Positions 52,215 through 64,000 of a stretch of 64,000 bases of DNA are shown here, one piece after another (position 1 is the stretch's first letter; each line of letters opens with the position of its first letter). Below the pieces are notes generated by a model. The model was not told where the DNA came from. It saw nothing but the letters and a program-made list of their open reading frames with translations, and did no database searches. Made by a program: the position numbers and the translations under genes. Source of the DNA: Protoeuglena noctilucae (taxonomy: Eukaryota). The stretch spans positions 620,001-684,000 of the forward strand of contig OY253678.1 in the NCBI GenBank assembly GCA_958009085.1, written 5' to 3'.

Positions 52215-54520
52215 CTAGGATGTCGAGTTGGACCCCTCCGCCGGCGCTGGCGTGACTTGACTTGCAATCCAGTCTCGGTACTGCGAGAGGGTCCCGCTGG
52301 CGATGGCCTGGCGCAAGTGACTGAAGAACTCGAGGTAGTGGTGCTGCGTGAAGGTGCGTGGAGGAGGGGGTCGAGCAGGGTGACAGTCGGTGCCGCGTAG
52401 GCGACTGCAGCGCTCTGCACCAGGGCGCTGGCGAGGGAAGGGTGCTCACCGTGTTGTGGATTTCCAGGAGGGTGTCCCCCAGCATCTCCCTGTTCGCCAG
52501 AAGGTGGGACACGTACGCACGGGACGCTGTCTGCGGGGCAGGCGACGGATGGCAGATGCTGTCAAGGACCGAGCCCGGACTATGAACGATCGCTGCACAA
52601 CATGGAGCCATCTGCAACCTCCATAGTTCTGTCAGCTCCTCACCCGGCACGCCAGGCACTGGCATTTGCTCGATATGGGTGCGCTGTCATCCGCAGCAAC
52701 CTTTGTCACGTCCAGCGTCCCGCCCCACACATCAGCCGAGCCATCCTGCGAACGAACAAGGCTTGGCGGCCCTCAAGTATCGAGTCGAACCATTCTCGCA
52801 GCAACAACCATAGCGGTCTTAACGCCGGCGTCAGGCATCCTATGTCGAGCCATGGGGTCGCCCGCTGCGACAGCTGCGCAGCACACTACCCATCCTGGTG
52901 CCCGGCTCTCGCCTGGCTGGACGCCCTCACGTCGTCGCGGTCCTGCCCTCCCTCGGCAACCCCTGCCTCTCGCCAAGACTCGGGCATCACGGGGTCAAAG
53001 GTAAAGGCGCGCCCTTGGCTGGTGGCGCGCGTCACGTGTGACAGGTAGAGCAGGTCCGCACCTGCCTCCACCATGCGAATGACCTCCCCCGGGTCGCCCT
53101 GCAAGCAAGGGAGGACAGCCTTCTCGTGGTGAACCAAACAGGATCAATACCAAACAACGGCCCTGGGCTGCTGTACAGGTTCCACCAACCAGGGTTGCAA
53201 AACAGCTGACTTATGTTCGTGGTGCCGCAAAGGACGGCCATCGGCCCACCGCGACCGTCCACCCACCTCGCACGACACCAACCGCAACCCTGCCTCGTCC
53301 CCGACCCCAGCCAGCACGGTCCCCACGCCCCTGTCCCGCGTCGCTCGGTCCCCCTCACTGATCACTGCAAGGGAAACACGTACTCGATGTCACTTGCGTC
53401 ACCATGGACGGCCTGGCGGCCCAAGGCTTGTTGGCCTTGCAGCTGCGCCGCACCCGAGTACCCCAACACGTGCGCCCCCAGGCTTTCCATCTCCGCCTTG
53501 CACTGCGCAGAATGAGAAGTTACACGCGCGTTAGAATAGAGAAGTCGTGACTATAAACAGCAAGCCCCAGCAAGCACATCGCTGACCTTCCGTCCGCCTT
53601 CCAGACACACGCGCTGGCTCTCGGGGTCTTCCGCGCCGCTGAGTGGCATGAGGAACGAGGTCGACACATCCTCCGCCGCCAGCGCCCGCACGCACTCGCT
53701 CGCCATCGCCAGCCCCTCCCTCGTCGCAGCCAAACGCTTGTCTGCTCGCAGCTCTGCCACAAGAGGGAGGGCCCTGGCTTTGGATGCCATGCGCCCGTCG
53801 CACGCGCAAGTCCGCAGCCTCGAGCCGGCCACAGCGCCGGAGCCTCGCCTGGGGAAACGTGCTCGTGGAGGGTGCAGAGGACATCGGGACGAAGCCAGCG
53901 CGCCACGACAGCGTAAACGCTCGCGTCCACGGGCACGGTGCCAGCCACCGTCCCCGCCGTCAGTCCCGCGGATGGCCGGCCCTGGGTATGCCGAGCGGTG
54001 CGGGGTAGCAGGTGCGGAGCCTCAGTGCCCTGCCGTCACGCCGTATGCAGGATGCAGCCCGCGGCTCACCGGGAGCCTCCGCGGCGACGACTCGGGATTG
54101 ATGATGTCGTGGGGGACGACGAATATGAGATCGCGACTGCCGCTGAGACCCAGGAAGGTGCGCCCGTCCTTGCCGACGGCATTGAGGGCCGTCAGGTCCG
54201 CGAGGCCTGGGCTGGCCAGGAAGTGCGTGGCACAGAGGGCTAGAGCACGGTGCCCGGTGGTGCCGACATCCGCAAAGAGATCTGGCGTCGTGTTGGGTAC
54301 GCAGCCCCGGATTGTGTTGACGAGCATCGTCGGCGTAAAGACCGACGCCCCTGCGAGCACGCCACGCGGGCTGTCCTCCACGCTGACCCGCGTTTGGGAC
54401 GCGCCGATTGATGCATCAGCTCCTCGAGAAGGCCGTCTCACCCCCCGACTCGAGCCTTCCGCATCGCGGCCCGCACTCCCGCCCCCGGCCAAGGATGGAC
54501 GTCACGACGAACTTGGCCAT
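52215..54520 (-). CDS. QTRT2: Queuine tRNA-ribosyltransferase accessory subunit
   Basis: TPTMLVNTIRGCVPNTTPDL; GDPGEVIRMVEAGADL; DSAPISSKCQCLACR|TASRAYVSHLLANREMLGDTLLEIHNT|HHYLEFFSHLRQAI. Confidence 0.88.
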
Positions 54521-54869
54521 GCTGCTCCCCGCCACCATCCCCACCCCGCCGTGCCGCGCGGGCTTCTGAGGGCTTCGTTGTTGCCAGCGAGGACGCTGCG
54601 GCGGCATTTGTTGATCCCCGGCACCCTGAAACGCCAGACGGGGTCACATCAAGCTGACGGCTTGCCCAAGGCACGCGTCCTGTCAAGGGAATACAAAAAC
54701 TAAAAGTCGCGTCTGATATCGCATTTGCCGCTCGCCACGCGGATCCACACCCGGTGCAGCCGAGGGCGCTCCTTGCCCCGCTCGCCGCGGGCTCCTCGGC
54801 AAAAGGCCGGGATCGGGGGTACCTCCAAACGCTGACGGCTTTGCTTGGGTCGCGCTTAGGGCCACGGCC

Positions 54870-57800
54870 ATGTCCGAGAGCGCCGCAGCGCCCACGGCTC
54901 AGGGCGACGACCCGGGCCATGGAAACCCCGGCACCAGGCCCGCCCACACCGTCGATGTGAGCCCAGATCGAGCCACCCTTCTCTTACAGTCCCTAAGAGC
55001 GCGTCTTGAGGTTCTGAGGTGATCCGGCTGCCTCCCTACGGTCGCGCCCGTCACATCGGCTCGCTGGCTTCGTCGGAGTCCATGCGCTGCCCCGCCTCCG
55101 CGGTTGCACACCGCAGGAAGGAGAGCGAGAAGCTGGGCCCGGGACCGAGCGGCATGGGCGACGCGTACCGTCTCGCGCGCATGTTCGAGGGCGCGTTCCG
55201 TGAGGCGGTCGCCTCGAAGGACACATCGCCCCACATCCTGGACGCGCTTGAGGAAAAGGGTCTCAAGGGGAGGCTTGACGCCATCAATCTCGACGCCATA
55301 TTCACGCTGGAGAACCTGCGGAGGACGTGCAAGACGGCGGAGGGCTACCAGGGGTGCTTGTCCATTCTGTTAGCTGCGGCATGAGCACAAAGTACCGCAG
55401 TAGCCATCAACCTACTCGCTGCTCGATGCGTCTGGGTCACCGCATGCTAAGGCCGCCCCAATCCCTCACGTGCCGTGCTGCTGATTGCAAGCCATCGCCA
55501 GCTGCATCTCCTCCTCCTCCCCCAGCCGCACCTCGTCTCGCCCGAGAAGGGTTTCTTCCGCATGATCGTGAGCGTCATTGAGTCGTCTCGCGGCCTCATC
55601 AACAGCGCCGTGTCAGACGTGAACGGCATCCTCAAGCAGGCGGTGGCGCAGGCACAGAAGCTCTTTGAAAATCCCAACTACGTCGGCGCAGACGGCACCA
55701 CCCTCACGAGCCTCCCCTCCATGCGCAGCGCCGTGGGAGCCTAAGGTGCGTGCCCCGCAGCCGTCAGCACGGGCCGCGGTCGGGCCGGCGACCATGCGCG
55801 ACGCCTGGGGTCCTCCTGCCTCGCTCGCAGCGCTCGAGACGCTGGACAAGTGGGCGAAGGAGGCCGTGGTGGTCGTCAACAGTTTGGTCGACATGGAAAA
55901 GACGTTCGTGACAGCGGATTTCTTCCGACTCATCCAGGGACGCCGGGTGCAAGCCGCTGCACGCCAGGGCGCCCACCAATCGGTGAGCCGCCTTGCCTGG
56001 GCTTCGATACTCGCTACGAGTGCCGATCGGCATGCCGGGGAACGACAGGGCAGCTCGCACGGTCTAAGCATTGCATTGCATGCGCTGGCGGCTACACCTT
56101 TCCAGGCCAATCAACGCCGCCACGAGTGCCGGGGGCTTAGTCAGGCAAGCACCGTCGCCTCTCGACGCAGGCTGGCGGGCCGCCGGGCCGGGGGCGCGGC
56201 CCCGTGACTCCCCGGGCAGGCCAGCAGGACCGCCTGCCCTGCCCCTCCATGACGGGTCACGAGAGCGACGACTCGTCTGCAGGGGAGAGCACGACGCCGA
56301 CCATCGCCCAGCGCCTGTCCCCCCGGTGAGCTGCAGGCTTACGCTTGTATATACTCGTCCTTGCGAGAGATTGGGCTCGGACATTGCACGCCTGGCATGA
56401 TTTGGGGGGCAAGCAGATGCGTTCCCTTGGATTGCCACCATGTCATGAGCTTATTCGTGAGTACCATGGACAACGGTGCTCATTGCCAGGTTCATTTCGA
56501 CAATCCACCTCGGCATGCCTTGCATCAACGCAGCGCGGCCGTGCCGGAGCTCATGAGGCTGAAGGAGGACGTGGATCGCAACAGCGGCACCAACTTCATG
56601 GTGGGGTTCCTGGACAAGAAGGCGAAGCCCGAAAGGGGCGAGGCTTACCACTGGCAGAGGAGGTGAGCGCGTGCGGCACGCGACGGGGTCTGTGTGCCTC
56701 TGGACAGCGCATGCGGTGCTACACGCCCCCACTCGCCCACTGCATCGCTCACGTACAGGTGGTTCGTGTGCTCCACGGAGAGCCGGATGCTCTACTACAT
56801 GCCCAGCCCGTCGTCGCTGCCCAAGCCCCGCGTATCCATCGTCCTGACAGACGTCATTGTCGAGGACGTCACCGTCAACATGATCCACGTAAGTTTATAT
56901 GTCCGGCATCAACATAAGTAGGAGAAACTCCCCACTACCGCAGGGCCACCCGCCAACCACCCACGGGGCTGGGATGCGCCAGCAGCAGCTGCATCTTCAC
57001 TCTGAACGCATGCTTGGCCGTGCGCCGTCCCTGCAGGAGCTGGCCGAGTCCCTCCAGAAGGGCATGACGGACGCGGCAGGGCAGTCCTTGGTCTTCCGCC
57101 TCCGCTCCATCGAACAAAACCGGCCGGTGGTGAAGGGTCACACCCAGCTCATCCTCCGTGCGTCGACCTTGGTCGAGAAAGAGAATTGGCTGACGCGGTG
57201 AGTGAGCTTTAGCAAGCCTGGTCGGGGAGACTCGGTTGCCGCCACGTGCCGTGGCGTAGCGACCCTCCTGCTCGAGCCCCATCGCGCTCCACACGCTGGA
57301 GCTGAGCGTTGCTGACGTTGGCTTGCGGTCTCGTCCCTGCCTGCCCAGGCTGAGGCAGGTGCAGACGATGGACGCCGTGCGGTCCCTGGCACGAGAGAGC
57401 TCCGTCCCGAGGTGATGATGAGGCAATCATGCAGATCGACTTGATCACCTTTCCAAGCACTTAATCGTGAACGTCATGCACAGTCAGGGCTGCATCTCTC
57501 GCACAGAAACTGGACATCTTTCTTAGACTCTGCGATCGGTTGACGGGGTTAAGAATTCCGTGGGATTAGTGGGGAACGTGCTCTGGCGTTGCGGCCTTCG
57601 CAGGCGCGGCGACCGGCCACCATCCCCGCCCCGCATCAACGACCTGAAGATTCGCGGCTTTGGAGGACTGCACCTCGAGGGACGGACGCGGACGGGGCAG
57701 ATCGCCGGGGTCGGGGCCATGAACGGGTCCACTCACCCCCGTGAGAATGCCTGAAGACACTGCATGCAGACACGGGCGCCCATGCATCGACCCGAGCAGC

Positions 57801-59100
57801 ACAACGCATTTGTTACAATCATCACTTGTTGTGTGCGCTCCCTCGACCCCGTGGCCACCCTGCTGACCCACGCGGTGACTCGCGAAACCTCTTCACGCCT
57901 TCTCCGTCGCAGGGCGCGTCGCCAGCGAGGGCTCGCTGGACCAGCTTCAGGGACAACTCCCTCACATCAAAAAAGAGACGGAGAAGCCGCCCTTCCCCAG
58001 CAACCCCGCCCTCCCCCCGCACCTGGGAGGTGAGTGCCGCAACTCCCTGCACCAGGCCACCCCGCGCTGTGCCTTCCGGTGATGGGACCACTCTGCGTCA
58101 TCCACGCCCACGCTCGGCCCTCGCACCGCGTTGCAGGGAACGGCTGGCGCGGGGGTTTCGGGCCCGACAACACCTCCTTCCTGAGCCAAATGGCGGCGGA
58201 CGGGCGTGCCTATTGCCGGGTGGTGCTGGACACCCTGGCAAGCAGCGTCTCCAAAGCAGTCATCCACATCATGGTCATGAAGGCGGAGGGCCACCTGCAG
58301 GACTCGCTGTACGGCCGCATCGCGGAGCTGGCGCCAGAAGAGCAGAAGCGCCTGACTCAGGAGGACCCCAGCGTCGTGCAGAGGCGCGCGGCGTTGGCAC
58401 TCGCGGTGGACGACGTGGTCGGGGCGATCAGGTGAAGTAGCCGGGCTGCGTTTGGTTGGCTGCAGCCTGGCAGGGGGCGCTAGGGGGCAAGGAGCATACC
58501 CACCCTGGATGGGGGTCTGGCGCAACTCGAATTCCGTCATGAGGCAGTGGTAGCCGGGACGGATTCCCCGTTCCTGGCGAAAGTGGCAGCTGTCTGGAGA
58601 AGTGCCGAGTGTCGGGGCTTGCACCCCACGCAGGCTGTTGCGGACGGCGGAGGACGAGTACAGCAAGCAGCCGCGGGAGGTCCGGGGCGCCACCATCCAC
58701 GTCCCACGCGCCGCCGAGATCGCCGGGCAAGGGCCCGACCTTATCAACCGCCTGCGGCCCCACGGCGTGCAGCTGGCCAGGCTGCCAGAGCCTGAGGACT
58801 TCGCGGAGCGAGCCCCGGACCAGCCCCGGCCCGCAGCCCACCCGCAGGCGCACCACCGCAGGGAAGACGGATCAAGTGAGTGATAGACTGCATGATGTAA
58901 CATGGTGGCTTCCATTGAGCCCGCACAGCCATGCAGCTCCTATGGCCCAGCCTGCAAGGCCCGCATTTGGGCGGGCGTGCTGTCGTACCTGCTAACTGCT
59001 GCTAGCAATCGCTAACCAAATCACATGAATATGTCTACGCTGCGACGCAGGCGTGTCCGTGCGCCCCCGGCGTCCGGCCCCGACCCCTGTGCCGCACTGA
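54870..59100 (+). CDS. DRP2-type dynamin-related protein (stalk-PH-GED-PRD) lacking the GTPase domain; contains an in-frame TAA, so possibly a pseudogene or sequence error
   Basis: AEGYQ|PHLVSPEKG; LVDMEKTFV; PH domain GFLDKK...WQRR|WFV...EKENWLTRL; SEGSLD; GED AYCRVVLDTLASSVSKAV...EDPSVVQRR; terminal RPRRPAPTP. Confidence 0.8.
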
Positions 59101-59103
59101 AAC

Positions 59104-60038
59104 TCAAGAGTCCCCGTCCTCGACCACAACAGCCCCGAAAGCCGCGTCTGGCGGCCGCTGCCTGGCCTCCTGGACGCGCTGCTCGTGCTGCGAGGTGCTA
59201 GAGAGCATCACGGAGCCCCCCAACACGACACGGACCCACTTGTCTGCGGCGGCGATGAGACAGGGCGGTGTTTTAAAGCGCGCTGCTTTCGAGCTAGCGT
59301 GTTGGCAGTCGCTGCAAGCCCGCCTTGCCTTTAAGACGCTGTGCCACGTCCCGAACGGTCGACGACGCATCGCTCTTGGCCATCCGAGCCACGACCTTGC
59401 CTGGCGAGGGGCAGACAGCTGAGATGCCTGGGTGAGGGCTTGTGTAAACACTGCGTTCGGCACTGCGCTGCGCACCCAGGCTCTCACCAATGCTCGTGTG
59501 CCTGAGCCGGTCGAGCGTCACGGACATCGAGTCCAGCGTGCGCAGCGTGCGCAGCTTGTCCGCCTCACTGCAAACACCGAGGTGCGAGGACGCAGCTGAT
59601 ACCATCAATATGCTGCAGCGTCGTAAGCCGCAGGGAGCCACAGCAGGCCTCACCTCTTCGCATCGGCCAACTCTCCCATCAGCTTCGACAGGTCCGCATT
59701 TGCAAAGGCGAAGGCACTGTGGTTCAGCTTGACAACGCCCTTGAGCCGGTCGAGCGTCAGCTGGGTGCAGAAGGCGATGCGGGAGACGCCGTCGCAGCTA
59801 GCCAACAACGCTAGTCGTCTGCACTCGCGACGACGAGCCCTGCACCTGCTTGCGCACGCCTGCGGGTCTCGAGCTTGACGAACAGCTCCTCCCCGCGAGC
59901 TCTTGCTGCCGGGTGAACGCGCTCGTGATGGACGCCTGTCTCTGCGCGCGATGCGAGCCCATCGGCCCTGTCGCGCCACGGGCGGCCTATCGGGTCAGTC
60001 AGAACCCGACTCCCACCGTTGATGATGCGAGCTTGCAT
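59104..60038 (-). CDS. Protein with a TFIIS N-terminal (LW/Med26-like) domain
   Basis: LRTLRTLDSMSVTLDRLRHTSIG|KVVARMAK...VRDVAQRLK|DKWVRVV; start uncertain. Confidence 0.7.
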
Positions 60039-60800
60039 TCGGATTGCAACGCAGCGAAGGCAGCCACAGGTGTTTTGCGAAACGCCAGTTTGCATGCAGA
60101 AGCTCGAGGCGAAGGAGTCAGCCGCATCGAATCCCGAGCATCATCAGCGAAGACTGTCGTAGCGGGAGGTCGCTAGGCCATCAGACGAGCAGGCGGGAGG
60201 TGAGGAGTCGCTCCATCGACGCAGGACCCGCTGCCGCATTTGCCGAGGGCCGGGAACGGGCAACGCGGACTAATTTGTGCTGTATCGAGACGCTCGAAGC
60301 GTGCTCGGCATCCCCGTCGCCCTCGGTGACGCGGTCTCTCGCCTTGCGTGCTTCTCCCCTCCCGAGCAACACCGGAGGCGCAGCACATTGGCTCCGCAAC
60401 CCCAATTACACGTCTCTGCGCTTCGACGGAGTGGGCGGGGGCACAGGCCTCCCGCCTACCCGCCCATCGCGGTCCCCAAGGCTCACTCTCTGCACGCCCA
60501 CGCACCGACCGCAGGCGACCTCGCAGGCGCGCGCGGGATGTCTCCGTCGCCTCTGCCGTCACTCCTTGCGCGTCCGTGGACTCCGTCGCACCTGCCCGAC
60601 GCTCCCGCACTCTCCCCGCGGCGCGTGGGACGGCCCACAGCCTCGTGACCTTGCCCTGTTGCCTCGTTCCGCGCGCCTTCGGTGAGCCGCAGCAGTGATC
60701 GCCGCACGCATCGATCGCTTTAGCGGACTGCAGATCCGTCGTCCCGGCCCCCCGACGGATTCCGACGCGCAGCGCGTCTCCCCGCCCACAGGGAGCGGCC

Positions 60801-63540
60801 ATGACCCTCGCCATCCCGAGCGTGCCGCTGCCACACGACCATGTCGAGACCGACCGCGCGTATAGCCACACGAGCGCGGGCCCCGGCCATCTCGGCATCA
60901 GCTCCGCCGCGGAGCTGTTCCAAGGGTCGGTGGTGGTCAAGGGCCAGCTCACCGAGGCGGTCCTGTGGGAGACCGGGCTGAGCCTCCAGTCGCAGCCGCT
61001 GGGCTGCCAGCGGTGGTTCTTCTCCCGCACGAACCCCGTCCACGTCTTCATCCCCGCGGCGGAGGTCGTCGCCGCGCAAGTGCACGCCCCCATCGACGGC
61101 CCGCCCGAGGTGCGCGTCTATCACCTGACGTCGGGCAAGAAGGACGTGAACCTCTGGACGTGCTCGTTCATCGCCTTCAGCTGCGCCACCGAGGGAGAGG
61201 CCAGCACTTGGAAGGCCCAGCTCGACGCGTGCATCGCGCGGCAGCCCGACCGCCCTAAGCGCCTCTTGGTCTTCGTCAACCCGTTCAGCGGCCGCCGCAT
61301 GGCCATGAGCGTGTGGGAAACCAAGTGCCTCCCGCTGCTGGAGCTCGCCGGGATCGAGAGCAAGGTTGTCGTCACCAAGGCGTCAAAGCACGCGCAGGTG
61401 TGACGTGATGCGCAGCTCTGGCTGGGTGCAAGCGATGCAACGAGCGCGAGCTGCGAATTGGACGAACGCCAACTTGTTTGCTACCCACCCGCGGACCAAC
61501 ACGCTCATGCCCGTGCCTGGCTCACGTCACGCTCGCCTCGTGCGCCGCGCAGTTGCATGTGGAGACGATGTCGCTGGAGGATGCGTCGTCCATCGACGGC
61601 ATCCTGGTCGTGGGTGGCGACGGGCTTTTCCAGGAAGTCCTCACGGGCCTCCTCAACATGCGGTGCCGGTCGTCGCGGCTCGATGCGGCGGGGCGGCGGC
61701 TGCGCATGGGGCACATCCCCGGCGGCAGCACGGACGGCACGGCCTACTCCATGTACGGGTGCCGCAGCGCCGAGGCCGCGACGCTGCACGCCGTGCTGGG
61801 GGATCGCATGTGGCTCGACGTGGTACGCGTAACGTCCGAGAGCCCGTCCGGGCGCGTCCGGCAGCAGTACTGCATCAACCAGCTCAGCTACGGGTTCCTG
61901 GGCGACGTCATGCAGTTCTCTGAGATGATGCGCTGCTTCGGGCCCGCGCGTTACGACCTCGCCGGCTGCATCAAGTTCGTACAGTCGGCCAACTACCAGG
62001 CCAGGTGCGCCTGGGGCCGTTGCGGCTGGCGTGCATGTCACCACGGGTCTCCCCCGTGTCGCTGCCCACCAGGGCGATGCCTTGGTATGCTTTCTCTGGA
62101 CTCGCTGCGGCATTCAGACCCGCCTTGCCCTCCCCGCCCCCAGGATCGCCTTCCGCACCCCGGAGAAGCCGTCCGGCGAGCACAAGTGCTCGACCGACTG
62201 CCCCATCTGCAAGGCCGCCGTGCCCCGCGCGACCGTGCCCCACCAGGCCCCCTCTCGCTCCGTTTTCAGCTTCTTCCGGCGCGCCGCCCAGGGCGCAGCA
62301 CACGCCTTTGTCCCGGGGCCGAGCGCGGCCTCGCAGGCGGCCAAGAACGCGGCGCTGTCCTTCACGATGCTGGAGGCGCCGGAGCGGGCGTCGAGCACGC
62401 CGGGCTCCCGCGGTCGCATCTCGGACGCGAGCAGCCCCGTGAGTCCTGCCAAGGAGGCGCTGGCGGGGCGGGCCGACGTGAGGCGCCGCGGCTTCCTGAG
62501 CCCCGGCAAGCACGGCTTCGAGCGGCAGCGCGACCGACACGCGCCCGCGGTGGCCGAGAGCATGTCCGGGGTCAAGGTGGTCCAGGGCCGCTTCAAGAGC
62601 ATCCTCGTCGCCAACATGCCGCTCCGCACCGACAAATCCAAGAAGGGCCTCCTGCCCTCGGCGCACCTGTCGGACGGCTGCGTCAAGGTGCTCTTAATCC
62701 GGGACGTCAACACCATCGAGCATCTGTGCTACATGGCGCGGATGTCCTCCAAGGTGCGCGCGGAACGTGCCATGCGAGACGTGCTGTGGGCATCGTGCGC
62801 GCCGTGCGACGATGACTGCGCCTCGCTGCGATGCTCCGACTTGCGTACCTCACTGGTGGCAAGTGCTTGTCCCTGTTGCGGAATTGGGGCGCAGCAACAG
62901 GAAGCACCGTTGGCAGGCCGGGCACGGTCTCGATGCAGCCTCGCCGCCGCTGTCCCCGCGCAGGGTTTGACGCGTCCCATGCGCCGGCTGGAGTTGGTGG
63001 ACGCGACGGAGGTGGAGGTCGAGCACGTGGGGGAAGGGGCCATGAGCGCGTGGAACGTCGACGGGGAGATTGTGACGGCAACACGCGTGCGGGCCGAGGT
63101 CCTCAGCGGGCTCGTGCAGGTCTTCGCCAGGGGCCTCGACTGCGGTGAGCAGCGGCGCGGCGCTGGGGATGGCGTGGACCATCGGTGCGGCTGGCTGGTT
63201 CTAACTTCAACGCTTGGGCGGCTGTCATGGCGCGTTTGACCACGGTTTCAATCACACTCTTTTCTCTTATCATGCGTCGTGAGCGTCAAGAGGCTGAGAT
63301 ACGCTCCTTGCGCGCAGGTTCGATGATATCCAGGTCGGTCGTATCAGTGTCTGGGCCGGAGGGAGGGGTGCGGAGGCCGGCCAGGCGATATCAGGCCCCG
63401 CCACAGTACTATCCGCAGAAGGTGAGGGCGCTGGCAAGGCAGCCGCTTGAAATGCCCTGCCAGTGCCTGGGGGGGCGATGGGAATGCAGGCGTTTGACCT
63501 TGGCGCCCCCTGCCTTTGTGAAATGCAGTACGATGCCTGA
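60801..63540 (+). CDS. CERK: Ceramide kinase (DAGK-cat family, ACD5/CERK-like)
   Basis: RPKRLLVFVNPFSG; VGGDGLFQEV; IPGGSTD; YGFLGDV; GPARYD; CSTDCPIC (CxxxCxxC, typical of CERK); WNVDGE; VFARG; last exons tentative. Confidence 0.88.
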
Positions 63541-64000
63541 GGGGAGGCGTGGTTTTGGCGGATGCGTTTGCACAGCATGCTGGAGTACGTTGGAACATGA
63601 GAGGCTGCTAGAGGTGCTTTCGTTCGGCACACTTGCAGAGGGGTGCAGCCAGGCACAGGCCCTGCCCTCTCTCTGGCGCCAGATTGTGTTTCAAAGAACT
63701 TGCGCTGCATTTGGAGACGCTGAACACAACTCCTGACATGGAACGGATGGGCACGGAAGAGCTAAGTGATGACCTGAAACCCCACGCTTCAGCTATCAGC
63801 CAGCAGCCCACCTTGAGTGGGCCAAGCGGCAGAGTTTAGGGGCGCACTGCTCTTAGTTGGCCGGGCGTCTCGTCGACGCTGCACGAGCCAAGGCAGAGCG
63901 CACCGCAGACGACGCGGAGCAGGCGGCACATGCATCAGCAGTAAGCTACAGCATGGAGCAGAACTGTTGTGCAGAGTCGGTCGCTAGAGGCAAGAGGGGG

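Overview
Eukaryotic nuclear DNA: very GC-rich, gene-dense and interrupted by many short (mostly ~60-130 nt) spliceosomal introns. Plastid-targeted genes (CP12, DUF1997, SCO4-like, a cyanobacterial-type TPR protein) point to a green alga with a compact genome; the species cannot be identified from sequence alone. About 29 protein-coding genes can be modelled by hand-splicing. Most are housekeeping: CTLH-domain protein, CP12, IGPS-like, SENP8, RPL1, GET2, MEF2-type MADS, CCA1/RVE-type MYB, DCN1-like, ALG11, YIF1, RPL12, calcineurin-B-like, PI4K-beta, DJ-1, RPC11, Nth, QTRT2 and ceramide kinase. No rRNA, tRNA, CRISPR or transposase was recognised. Main points of interest: (1) a DRP2-type dynamin with stalk, PH, GED and a proline-rich tail but no GTPase domain, which also carries an in-frame TAA and a GG donor; (2) about 15 GC-AG introns, 13 of them with an AG|GCGAG donor; (3) a MADS gene whose ATG is split by an intron; (4) a perfect 79-bp tandem duplication of an exon/intron junction in Nth; (5) apparent pseudo-enzymes (IGPS-like, SCO4/CPBP-like, Rdx-fold without CxxC/U). 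Family calls come from recalled motifs, not database searches, and gene boundaries are manual predictions.
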